From Piromyces finnis finn (Eukaryota > Fungi > Neocallimastigomycota): a DNA stretch of 64,000 nucleotides. The stretch covers positions 930,001 through 994,000 of the forward strand of contig MCFH01000006.1 of the NCBI GenBank assembly GCA_002104945.1. The letters are read 5' to 3'. A program made the translations under genes and the position numbers. Shown here in pieces: positions 27,602 through 40,418 of the stretch (positions are counted from its first letter, which is position 1; every line of letters starts with the position of its first letter). Under the pieces are notes generated by a model, which worked only from the letters and a program-made list of their open reading frames with translations, was not told the DNA's origin and did not search any database.

Positions 27602-30051
27602 TCATTTAATAAATCTAAAGCCTACACTACTGTCTTTGCTGTAATTATCAGGAATTTTGAATATGTCGTCAGGTATATTTTCAGTTTCAACTTCCAATAA
27701 TTTTGATTGGAATACTGTGGAAGCATATATTGGTATTTCTATATTTTCATATAATTTATCAAAATAAATAAAAAATATGTATTAGTCATTTAATTCATTA
27801 TTAATATGTATTTATGTTGTTATAATAAATTTTGAAGCAGAAAAAAAAAAAAAGGTTACCAAATTTTAATGGAAATCTTTTAGAACCATCCACTTCATTA
27901 TAAATATAATTAATAATATTATAATAGATTTCTCTATCATAGTCTTTGTCATTTGGTTTAATATTAATTTGATCAAATAAAATTAAACATATTGTATCAA
28001 TAATTGGTTTAATATGATAACAGTTTAACGGGAAAGTATTTTCTTTAGTTAACCAAAATTTAGCAACATTTTCTATTAATTTTTTTTCCTCACTTATTTC
28101 CATAACTCTACCAAGGTGAAGACTACCCATATTTTTTGAATCGAAATATTCTTCTTCTGTTATAGGTTCCCTTTTGATAGGTATATTTTTAAAGTTTTTA
28201 GAAGTATTACCATTTGATAAAGAAGCCTTTTTATAATAGTTTTCAGAAATACTTTGAGTCACGTTATATACATTTTTGGGATTTTTATGTTTGGCATTAT
28301 AATCACTAGTATTAGATAAATCATATTTTCCAACAATACTTGTATAAATTTCTTCCAATTTTTTTTGTTGATCCTCTGGTAAATAATTAGCTTTAAGGTA
28401 ACTTGTAAAGAAGGAAGGTAGAAGCTGTCTTATATAAAGAATGTCATCTTTTTCTATAAGATTTCCTTTTTCATCACTACCACAAATAATCATTTGTACA
28501 ATTTTATGACTTATTTCTGAATTAACTTCAGTTATAGAATAGATATTTTCATCAACCATATTTCTAAAATTATTGTTTGATTCAAGTGAATCTAATTGAT
28601 GATTTTCTATTACTGACTCAGAATTAGCATCACTTTCAATGTCACTATCATCATTATCACTATCACTGTCATTTTCACTAACACCATTTGCTTTTATATA
28701 CTCATTGGTAATATTTTTAAGTTTATAATCAGATTCATTTAATAATGTTTTTTTTATTTCATCAGTGATTGTGGTTGTATAATTTCTAGACTTATCAAGA
28801 TCAGTAATGGTTGTTTTAATATGACTCTTATAATCACCAATAGTGTGCTCATTATCCCTTTTTCTTATAAAGAATATTGAATCTTTAAATTTATATATAT
28901 CAGTGCTATATTTTTTATTTCCGTTAATACAAATGGTTCTCTTTTTGCTTTTATTAAAACCAAAACCGCTATTACTTTTCTTTTTAATTTTAAGTTGTGA
29001 ATTATCATTATAAAACTTATACATAGTTTTAACATTCATTCTAGTATTACAATAGGCTTCTTGAATTTTTACTGATGGATTTGGGAAAAGTTCCGTATAA
29101 AGCTTAGCTTTATTATCTAATAGATAGCATGTACTTTTACCATCTTCTCTAAAAAATAATAAAACTGTAAGACTACCTTTCATTAATCTTGGAATACCAC
29201 GAAAATCTACACCTGAAAAACCAAAATCCATTCTAAAGTTATTACCTTTTTTGTAAAAGTGTTCTATATCTTTAATTCCAAGTTTTTCGAGAATGGGTAC
29301 TTTTATATTTTTAAAATATATATATATATATAAATATTCTATAGCAGCATTATAAAATTATATAAACATATAGGTTTTTTCTTTTGCTATATTATTTAGC
29401 CATAATACTTACTTTTACTCTTGAATTTAAGTCTATATTTTATATGAAATTCCGGTAAAATATCATTCCATTTATTAATAATTCCTTCTTTACTTCCAAA
29501 GAAATCAAAATAAGATTTATACTTTTGATAAGATAATTTTTCAACAAGATCAATATCACCTAGCCTATTATCATATTATTACATTAATATATATATTGAT
29601 TTTATAGATTTTTAGTTTAGAGTTTTTTTTTTTTTTTGTATTGTATTGTATTGTATTGTATCAAAAATAATTATTATTTTATTTTATTTTTTGTCATTTA
29701 TTATTTAGTCTCATTTATAAAAACATAAAATCATAAAAATATATATTTCTCTCTTTTTTATTAATTTATTAATTTTAAGTAAATTCAAAAAATTTTTACT
29801 TACATTGTTGCTTCCTCTGAAGGGTTCCAACCATAATTATTTCTTGAAACACAATCACAGCCATTTTTTAAAAGTGCTAAAATGCAATTTCTACGGTCAA
29901 GCATAAGTGCAAGATGAATTGGTGTATTACCATGGTTATCTTTTTCATTGATTTTTTTTTTTATTTCTTCATCTTTTAAAATTTCATTAAGACGTACAAC
30001 ATCATTTTGAAAAATACAACGATGAAGAGGGTATGTTTCTTCTATAGTCAT
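27602..30051 (-). CDS. Ankyrin repeat domain 13-like protein (ANK repeats + GPCR-chaperone domain)
   Basis: The N-terminus YPLHRCIFQND...DNHGNTPIHLALML...LLKNG...NNYGWNPSEEA is typical of ANKRD13. The middle reads DFGFSGVDF...GSLTVLLF. The C-terminus reads RFPLKF|EIPIY...IPDDIFKIPDNY, matching the family FPVK.EIP...F.IP..Y pattern. Confidence 0.8.
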
Positions 30052-33000
30052 TTATATTTATCTATATTTATATAAAAATTATAATATAATATATATCATT
30101 TATATGTATATTTTTTATATATTTATTGTTAATATTTACAAAATGCTCAAAATTAATTTTATTGAGAATTATTTATATTTTCTTTAAATGAACTTAATTA
30201 TGAAAATTTATAATTATTGCTATTAATATTATTATTATAAATATATATTAATATAGTTTCAAATACAGTCTTTTTGGTTTATTAAAATTTCTGCTATGTT
30301 TTACTCTTTAAAAATAAAGAATAGTAATAATTTACTATAGTTTTAAATATCTCATTTCTCTATTATTTAAATTTAAATTCAAACATTGGAAACTTACATA
30401 ATTATTTGTTCTATTTATAAATATTTATTATTATATTATTACTTTTTACAATTATGATATGGAAAATTTAAACATAACAAAAATATGAAACCTTTTTTAC
30501 ATGAAATTACTTTATTTTGTTTTGATAAAAAAAAATTATTTTTATTTATTTTTATGTAACCTTTAATTTAATCAAATTTCATTATTATAATATTTTATTA
30601 ATATAAGAAATAAGTACAAAGAGATTATTTAAATTAAAAATATAATAAACTTTATTTATAGTAATTTATAGCATTAATATATTTTTATTAATAAATAAGG
30701 TATCAATAGCATATTATTAAAATAATTACAAAATATATTATTTATTAAATAATAATAAATAAAAAAAACTATTAAAAAAATTCATAATAATAAACTCTAA
30801 AATATATAAAATGTGAAAGTATATATATTTTTGCACTTTAGTAAATTAGATTGAAGCTTCATATAAATAATACTATTTAAATATTAATAGCATAATACTT
30901 ATTTATTTAAATAATAATTAATAATAATTATTAATATAAACAAACAAAATATAAGGATTGTTACATCTTAAATATTTTATAATAGTTAAAAACTTTAAAA
31001 TAAATAATAATGAAATATCAATATATTATATTGATATTTATCATTATTTTTTGCTTTGTTATAGATAAACAAATGATTGATTAATTTTAAAAAACACGAT
31101 TATTGAAATTTATGTATATATTAATATTAGCACAAACACCATATATGAAAATATCAAGAATTTTATTGTAATTTTTTTTTTTCTTTTTTAATTATTAAAT
31201 ATATATAAATAAATAATTTTTATTATTACAGCTTGGGAGAAATAAATTCTATATGATATATAATTTTTAAAATATAATAAATATAAATATAATACAGACA
31301 CAACAAACTAATATTGTATTATATTAAAATGAGGATTTTTGAAATAAATATACATATTTTTCTAAATAGTAAAAAATAAAAAAAAAAATTATTAAAAAAA
31401 TAAAAATAGAATTTAAATTCAAATATCTATAATAATAGCTTAACAGAGCATAACCACCATTACTTGAATAATTAGAATTTTTACATAAATTTTAATTCAA
31501 CCTTAATTATAATAATTATATTATCTACATATAAGGAAATTTATAGATTCAAAATTGGAAATTTTATTAAAAAGAAGAATTGTGTAACACTAATTAGATA
31601 ATTTTTCTAATAATAGAAATTATTAATCTTTTGTGTTACTTAAATATAAATTTAAAAAGTTTAAATACATACTACATCATAATAACCTTTTTCAAAAAAT
31701 AATAAATAAAACAATAAGACATATGAAAATTTGAATTAAAATAATTATCTTATTGTTTTATACATCATTTTAAATTCGAATTTTCATATGTATCTTTTAT
31801 TTCTAAATATTTATATTTTATATAATTAATAATATGAATAATTAAATTTTTTTATAAAAAAAGTACATAAAACTCTTACTATCATTATAATCTATTTAAA
31901 TAATAAATATCATGCTTTTTTTTTTTGCCATCTTATCTATTCTTGAGTATCTGCATGAATTTCTCTCTTAACGTCTTTTTTTATATGAATTGGACATTCA
32001 GATAAGTATAATATAAAGACTCAGAATTTGAAATTTATTAAAAAGAAAAAAATAATCCACATAAGAAATATCTATAAAAAGCAGCAATACTAACACATTA
32101 ATTTAGAAATAATAATGAAAAGTTAATAATAAAAAGGTTATATATTAAAACTAATTTGGAATGTCTTTTTTTCTTACTCTTAGGTCTATTTAGTATTGAT
32201 AATTATGAATTACCTACGACTTTTTAGTCTATGATAAAAATAAAGAATTGAATAAATATTTTATAATTATATAAAGTCTTTGAAAATATTTTATTTGAAT
32301 TAAAAGTTAAAAGTATTTTAACCTATATATAAATATAAAAATTTTACTATGATGTAGGATTACAATAATTTGAAACAAGATGAAAAAATTTTAATATAAA
32401 AATACAATTTAATATTGTTTTATTATGTTAATATATACTTTTTACTTTTTTTTTATACATAAAATATTACAAAAGAATTCACTGATATCATTTATAATAG
32501 TTCTATGAATTATATTTAATTGATCTGTTAATTGTTAATTGAAATAATATTTCTTTACCTATATTTCCATTTTTTTTTTAACTTTCATCACATATACATA
32601 AAAATATATATAAAAATTTAATTTTTAATTTAGGAAAAAAAAAACTAAACATTAAAAGTTTCACAAATAAAAATTAACCAATAAATTAATTATATAATAT
32701 ATAGCTTTTTATATAAATTTGAAATTTGTTTTATTTTTACATAAACTAAATTTAAAAGGAAAATTAGTAATAGTAACATTAATATTCTAAATAACTAAAT
32801 GAAACACAAATTGTAGTACAAATCCAATGTCAATATTTTATAATTTTTTAAAGATTAATATTTACATTTAAAAAATTATTAATCTCTGTTATTATTTATT
32901 ATTAAATATATTTTATTAGTAGATCTTCTTCTTTAAGTTAATAAATAAAAAAATGTTTTAATAATGTTTTTTTTATTTAAATTAACAATTATTCTTTATA

Positions 33001-33851
33001 AAAACATTTTTAATTTAAAACCACATTACAAATTTAAAACTTTAAATTATTTATCAAATGTATATTTCATATTTTTGTTTCATAATAAATTATATAAATC
33101 AATTTTTTTAAATTAATTATATTCATAATATATTTAAAATATATGGTTATATAATAGAAAATAAATAGATATATTATGTTTTTATTAAATTAATTTTAAA
33201 AAATTTCGAATTAAAAGAAAGAAAGAAAACAAAATAATTTTTATTATTTTTTTTATTTCAATTTCATAACTTTTGGCGTTATTAGAATTAATAATATAAA
33301 GAAATTCAATTTAATAAAAGTAGAAAAATAATGATAATTTATAATATAATAGTATATTAATAAAATTAGAATTTATATAATACATATTTAATAGTTATAA
33401 TATTTGCAAAGTAAAAGCTTGTATTCATAATTATTTCATATCAAATTACTATTTTACAAGTAAGCAATTCTTTTTATACAATACTTACCAATTAATAAAA
33501 ATAATATATTAGCATATATGATATCACACAATAGTTATGTTATTAATCAAATAAATAATAAAAAAGTTAGTAAATACTTAAATAAACTTATTTAAATCAA
33601 ATAAAAAAAAAAAGGAGAGGAAAACATTAGTCTAATTTTCAAAATTTAAATTATTTTATTTCATAAAGGATAATTGCTAAAAATCAAATTTATATGAATT
33701 ATATTAAACAATCGTTAATTTTTTATATTTCATATAAACATTAAGTAAATATTGACATTGACGTTTCAAGCATATTTCTAGTATATTTTTTTTAACTGCT
33801 GTAAATACTTAACTCTAATTATTTTAATATTTATGTATAAAGCAAAAAAAA

Positions 33852-35224
33852 ATGGACCCTGGAATTATATCTCTTGTTAATGATGATGAAGATGATGATT
33901 CAAAAATAGAAAATATTTTTTTATTTACAGACAAAGAATTTAATTTATTTCTACATAAGTTAGAATTCATAATGCTAGTTTTTTCAACCACATGTTATTT
34001 CTATTTTGTAATAAGATCGATATCTCGTATACGAAGTACAGGTGATTTAAAATTTTTATTTCTCCTAACAGCAGCTTTTTTTGCATTAATGAATAATTCA
34101 AGTGATATATATTATAGAATTATGACACCGCTTTATGGAGCCTACAATTGCAATAAATTTTTTTTAACATTCTTCAAAATATCAGCATCATTAAATTGGG
34201 TACCAATTTCTTATTACCAAGTCTTAAGACTTTATTATATAACATATAATTATTACAGAAAGATAGTACGAAATATGATTATTATTGTATCATCTTCATT
34301 TAGTTTAATATATTCTGTATGTTATTTTTTAAATTTAAAAGAATTTTATGGAAATAAAGATTCATTTGGAGGATGTGTTGTGAGCAATACTAATAAATAT
34401 GGAAATTATATTGAAGTATCAGATATTATAGACTCGTGTTTTTCTTTAACTATTGTTATTTCCACACTATTTCAATCCATAAAAAATTTAAAACAATACA
34501 AGCTTCGTCATCATAAAATTAAAGCAATTTTAGATGAAAGTATTGGGGTCTTTGTTGTATTGCTTATATCCAAAGTTGTTTTTTATTCATTAATTATGAT
34601 TAATTCTGGAAGACCAGGTGGTGATATATTTTGGGATGGGTTATCTGTTATCGTTTTATTTTGTACCTATCGTCTATTAAATATAACACCGAAATTGAAT
34701 GTAAGTTAAAAAAAGTCAGCATTTGAGTTGCTAATTTATATTTTTTAAACTTAAATAATTTTTATATTTTTCTTCTACTCTTTTATTACTTTTTTTTTTT
34801 TTTTTTTCATTAATTAATCATTCATTACTAATCTAAATTATTGATGTTTTAAAATTATCGTTAATAGGAAAAATTAGAAAATAAGCCAATAAATGAAAAA
34901 TTTAATAAAAGATTTTATAAAGAATTGTCCAAATTGAATAATAATAATAGAAATAATTATAATGAATCATCTTCTACTTCAAACATTAAAGGGTTATATA
35001 ATAGAAATTCAAAAGGTGAATTAAATTTCCCAAGTTTGATGAAAACTAATGGTCGTTATAATATTAAAGATTCAAATAATCCTTATGGATATAATGGTAT
35101 AAATAATAATGCTGAGATTTTTAATAATTTAAGAAAAAATAAGTATTACAATAATATGAATAATTCTAATTTTAATGAAACATCAGCAAATACTACTTCA
35201 AATATAAAAATATATATGAATTAA
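33852..35224 (+). CDS. 7-transmembrane GPCR-like protein with N-rich C-terminal tail
   Basis: Exon 33852-34700 has seven hydrophobic segments. Intron 34701-34867 (GTAAGT...AATAG) puts exon 34868-35224 in frame. There is a Cys at the top of TM3 (YNCNKF), a Cys in the TM4-5 loop (GGCVV), and QVLRLYYI at the end of TM3. Confidence 0.6.
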
Positions 35225-36097
35225 AACCACAATATATTTATTAATATATATAATATTATAAAAATTTTTTGGGTAATATAGTAATCCTTAATTATTTAGT
35301 TTCAAATTCATTATATAGAAAACATAATATAAAAATAATACTTTTAATAGATAAATATAATTATATATCATATAAAATGTATAATTAATGTTTATAATAC
35401 CAAAGAAAAAAGTGTAAGAAAAAAGAAAAAAAAAATAAAAAAAAATCTACGACTTTTTTAATATTATTATAAATTAAAATGTTATTTTACTACTTATTTT
35501 CAAATTTTTTATTTCAAAAATGCCCTTTTACTTTTCTAAAAAAAAAAAAAAAAAAAGAAAAAAAAGTAATATAAAAAATATTATATTTAAATATATAGAA
35601 AATTATTTTTATTATTAATAATAAATAGCATAATAATATTATTAAAATTTGAATATAATTGTTACAGTTTATATATCCCAAAGTGTACAAGTGGAATTAA
35701 ATTTTTTTTTATTTTATAACAGTAATAAAAAAAATTTCAACGTCATTACCTGTAAAAACCAAAATACATTGTTGTCCAGTTAGGTGATGTAATTGTAAAT
35801 TCATTAAATCCATTTTGAAAATTAAAATCTAGAACTCTTATATACTCATTGATAGGTAAAATAAATAAATTAAATTAATTGAACTTTTAATAGAATAATA
35901 ATAATATGTTATTTGTTATATTAAAAAAGTTTTAAAATAAGAAGAAAAATAAAAAGGCTGTTAATTAAATCAATATTTCTTTCTTCATTATAATGTTTTA
36001 TTTATAATATTAAATTAATTATTTTATTTTTTAATCTTCTTTTCTTTCTTGTTGTTTTTCCTGTTTCTTTTTTAGTACTCTTTGTTATTCTTGTTCT

Positions 36098-37310
36098 TCA
36101 TCTTGCTTCTGTTTTTGTTGCTGTCTTTGTTCCTGTTTTTATTCCTGTTTCTTTTGTTGTGCCTTTTCCTTTTTTTATTATAGTTCTTTTTCTTCCTTTT
36201 TTATTAACACTATAATCACTAGTTACTGATGATGAGCTTTCTATTTCTCCATCATTTATTTTCATTTTAACTTCACATGTTCTTTTATATAAGACAATAC
36301 CATATTTAATAAAACTATTATAGCCATTAGCTCTATATTTTTCTTCATAATTTTTATTTTCAATTTGTTTTATAGCATCTTCACATTCCTTCAAAAGACA
36401 GGTTTTGATATAATTATGATCTTCTTTCTCTTCTTCTTCATTATTTATTTCTTCATTGCATTCGTATTTTTTTTTAAAAATCCTAACTTCAATTAAAACA
36501 TATTCTTTTTCTTTTTTTTAATAAAATAGTTTCTAATAGGGAACCCGAAATCATATCTACCATATCCACTATTTTCTTCTGTGGTTAAACCATTAATTTT
36601 AAAAAATAAAAATATTTGCATTAATAATATCTGATAAACATTTTCATATATTTTGAATTCACCGTGCATGTGCATGTGATTCAAGTAATATATAGTTAAT
36701 TTTTTTAAATATTCATTTAAATTTTTATAAACTTTTTCAACGTCATATTCAATAAGGCCTCTAATAAATTTATCTGTTGTTTTATCATTTGAAATTTCTA
36801 ATTTATCTTCTATAATAGGTCGTAATAAATAAATTAAATTTTCTAAAATTTCACCATTTGTAATTTTAACATATTTCTTATTATTTTCAATGATTTGATT
36901 TAACATACTATTTTAATTTGATTTAAACCTTCATCTTTTTTAGTTGATTTGGGCTCATCTAGTGATAATTTACTTGCTTCACCTTTATTTAATAATAATT
37001 TTGTTATTTAATGATCTATACTATTTATATTTTTTTTGTAGTCTTCATCATCTGATAATTTTAAATATCCAAAATACATTAAAAGTAGTAATATTTCATC
37101 TTTATTATATTTATTTTTAAAAACAAATTCGTTTGGTACATTTAATATAATTATATTATCATAGAGTAAGCTTAGGAAATCTTTCGAAAATGGAAATTCG
37201 TAATCTTTAAATTCATTCTCTCCTCTTTTCTTCTCTTCTCAATATTCATTCTTTGCTAAATAAAAATCGGTACTTTGATGTACTGATAGAAAAATTCCAG
37301 GTATGAAAAG
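36098..37310 (-). pseudogene. Degenerate AAA-ATPase-like / PD-(D/E)XK nuclease (PDDEXK_9-type) C-terminal fragment
   Basis: Motifs: LLMYFGYLK; ENVYQILLMQIF; EENSGYGRYDFGFP; EYVLIEVR; ECEDAIKQIENKNYEEKY...FIKYGI. These occur in different frames, with frameshifts and stops at about 36430-36520 and about 37240. Confidence 0.75.
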
Positions 37311-37666
37311 TGATTAAATTTTAATAAATAAATATTAATAATAATTAAAAATAAAATATTTTTATTTTTATCTATAAGTATCAAAAAAATCATTTTACTC
37401 ATACTATTATATACATAGTTTTTTTTTTAACATTAAAATAATGATATATACTACTACTACTACTACTACTATTAAAAATATATTTGTAAGGATTAAGAAT
37501 ATATAAAATATAAAATAATAACATCAAAATTAATATTAAAAATATACATTTTATTTATAATCTTTTATTGCTTTAGATAATATAAAAGAAATAAAATATT
37601 TATAAACCTTTTAAAAAATATCTTTTATAATTTTTACTATATACTAATTATTATAGTTTAAAATTT

Positions 37667-38100
37667 AGAGTACTCCTTCATTATCAATTATAATATTATT
37701 TTTTTTACAATCAATAAAACAATAATAACAAAAACAACTTAATGTTAAAATACTAATTATTATTGCTATTACTTTTAATTCTTTAATTTCTACATCTATA
37801 ATATCACTTTCAGATCATAAAATTTATCTCTACATTAAAAGAACATTCTTCATTATATAAATAAGAATCATCAAGCATTCGACTATATTGTGTGTAATGT
37901 TTAGGTCTTAGCCCTAATATAAATATACTAGATTTTACATATAACGTATTACAACGTTCAATATTAGCTTTTGCATTATATGTAAAGGTATGATTTACAC
38001 ATTTATTTGAAAAACACTGACTATCTACCTTACGATCAATAAAAACATGAATAGTTTCGTTTTTATTGGAATCAATATATACATTTATAATTATCTGCAT
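37667..38100 (-). pseudogene. Relic of a small Cys-rich, probably membrane-anchored protein
   Basis: DSQCFSNKCVNH...NIERCNTLY...EECS in one frame. A hydrophobic segment (VIAIIISILTLSCFCYYCFI) lies just downstream in another frame. No signal peptide is seen. Confidence 0.4.
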
Positions 38101-40418
38101 AAGGAATGAAAATATAATTAAGATTTATGTCATATCTTAAAACTTCAATAAAAGGTTTATATATATATATAAAAATATAAATGTTGTATTTAACTACAAA
38201 AAATATGTAATTTATTTTGGATTAAATAATTCACAAGTACAAAGATTTTAATTTAATTTCTAACCACAAATATCAAAAATCATAATACAGTAATATTAAA
38301 TTTTAATCTAAATAATAAAACGGTATTACAAATTAATTAATAAATCTCTTCACTTTAAATAAAATATTTATTCTAATTTTAAATATAAATATATTAATAC
38401 ATCTAAAACTATTATTCATTTAAAGAAGGAAAAAGTAAGTATAACAGAATGAAATAATGATAGTATTAAAACATTTGATCATTTTGAAAAAAGAAAAATA
38501 ACTTTTATAGAGGTATTTGCTAAATTTAATATTTTTAAAAGATATAGTAAAAAAAATATTAAAAAATAATTTTTAATATTTAACATTATCTTTAAAAATA
38601 ATGTTAAATATATATATAAAAAAAAACTAAAGATATATATCAGAAATAGGTGAATGTAGAAAATATTTATAGCTTAAAAAAATAATTTTCATTACAAATT
38701 ATACAAATTATTTTTTTATATTTGTTTTTTTTTTTTTTATCATTATTTAATTTTGTAGTGTTTACAAATAAATAAAAAAATAAATATAAAAAAAAATTGA
38801 ATAATTTGTGTAATAAAGAAATGAAAAAAAAAAAATTTTTTTAATATTTTAGGAACACTACGAAATTAAAATAAAATTAAAAAATGATAAAAAAAACAAA
38901 GTACAATGGATACATTTTCAATAATTATGATAATTGTATTCTTTTTCACTTTATACATAAAATAGAAATTACAATATACATATACACATACTTTTCTATT
39001 ATTATTAAAAAATATAACTTTTAATTTAATAAGCAAAATAAAACATAAAATTATTCATTATAAATAAATCATGGTATTATAAAACATTTAATTATTTATT
39101 TCAACTTAATAGTATACTCTTAATATTTTCTTATGAAATGCCAATATTAAAAATTTTATTGTTATATATTATTACATTTCTCTTAACTGTTTAAATCTTA
39201 ATTTATTTATAACTTTTTAAATAAAAAAAAAATAAAACATTCTCATATATTATATTTATTTTTACAACTTTTAATTTTTATTTTAAAAAGGTTTGTTTTA
39301 TATGGGCTATAAATATTATAAGTAATACATTCATTATTATTGAATAAGAATAGATTATTAATTTTTCTTAGTATTTATTTAAACTAGAGCTAATAATATA
39401 AATAATATTAAAATTTACATACATATTTTCCAAGAAAATTAATTAAATTTATAAAAATATATCCATTCATATTTAAGATAAAAGGATATTTTTTTTTATT
39501 TATATGAAGAAAAAATAATAATGAACTGAAAGATACCAAACTTTAATTAATAATAAATAAATTTAAAAATAAAAAAGTGAAGTTTTAAAAAATAATTTTG
39601 ATCAATAAAATAAAAAAAACTATCTGATGTTTCAAATGGTGTGTAAATAAAAAAAAAAAAATTTTAACAATTAAATAATTATTAATAATAAGAAATATAG
39701 TAGTATCTATTGAATATGTAAGTAATATTTGATTATATATATAATAATTATTATTATAATACTTTACTAATTTATAAAATAATCATAAAGATGTCAATAT
39801 ATTTATTTGCTTTAATAAAAAAAAAAAAATATTAATAATGTAATATTAAATTTAATAATAATAAGTACTATGATTATTTTCTATTTAATAAACTTTGTAC
39901 ATTAACATGCTAGAAAATCAATAATCTATTATTTCTATTATAATAATTTAATTAACAACATTTAAAGTATTTAAAATATGAAAATTTCTTGGATTTTAAT
40001 AAAATTATTATGCCGTATTTAAGAAATAGAAATATAATTATATAATATATTAATATATTAATAAATAATATTTACATATAACAAAACAAATTAATACAAA
40101 TATTAATAAATTAACTTTTTTTTTTTCTTGACATAATCATTATTAATTTTTATGATTTATTATATTTTAATTTGATATTTCAAATTATAAAAAAAAATAT
40201 ATATATTCTTTAAAATTTAATATTGTATTTTTTACATAACATATATAAATAAATATTTTCACCTACCTTTTTTTCAAATTATCCAAATTCTCAATAAATA
40301 AGTTAAAATATATTTAATTATAAATAATAAAAAAAATATATAATTTATTTTTATTAATTTACAAATTTGAAAAGATAATATAAGAAAAATATATATATTC
40401 ATTAATAATTGTTACAAT

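Noticed and set aside
35690-35860. Short coding-like minus-strand fragment (PINEYIRVLDFNFQNGFNEFTITSPNWTTMYFGFYR*)
   Set aside because: Too short, with no start or splice context and no recognisable family.
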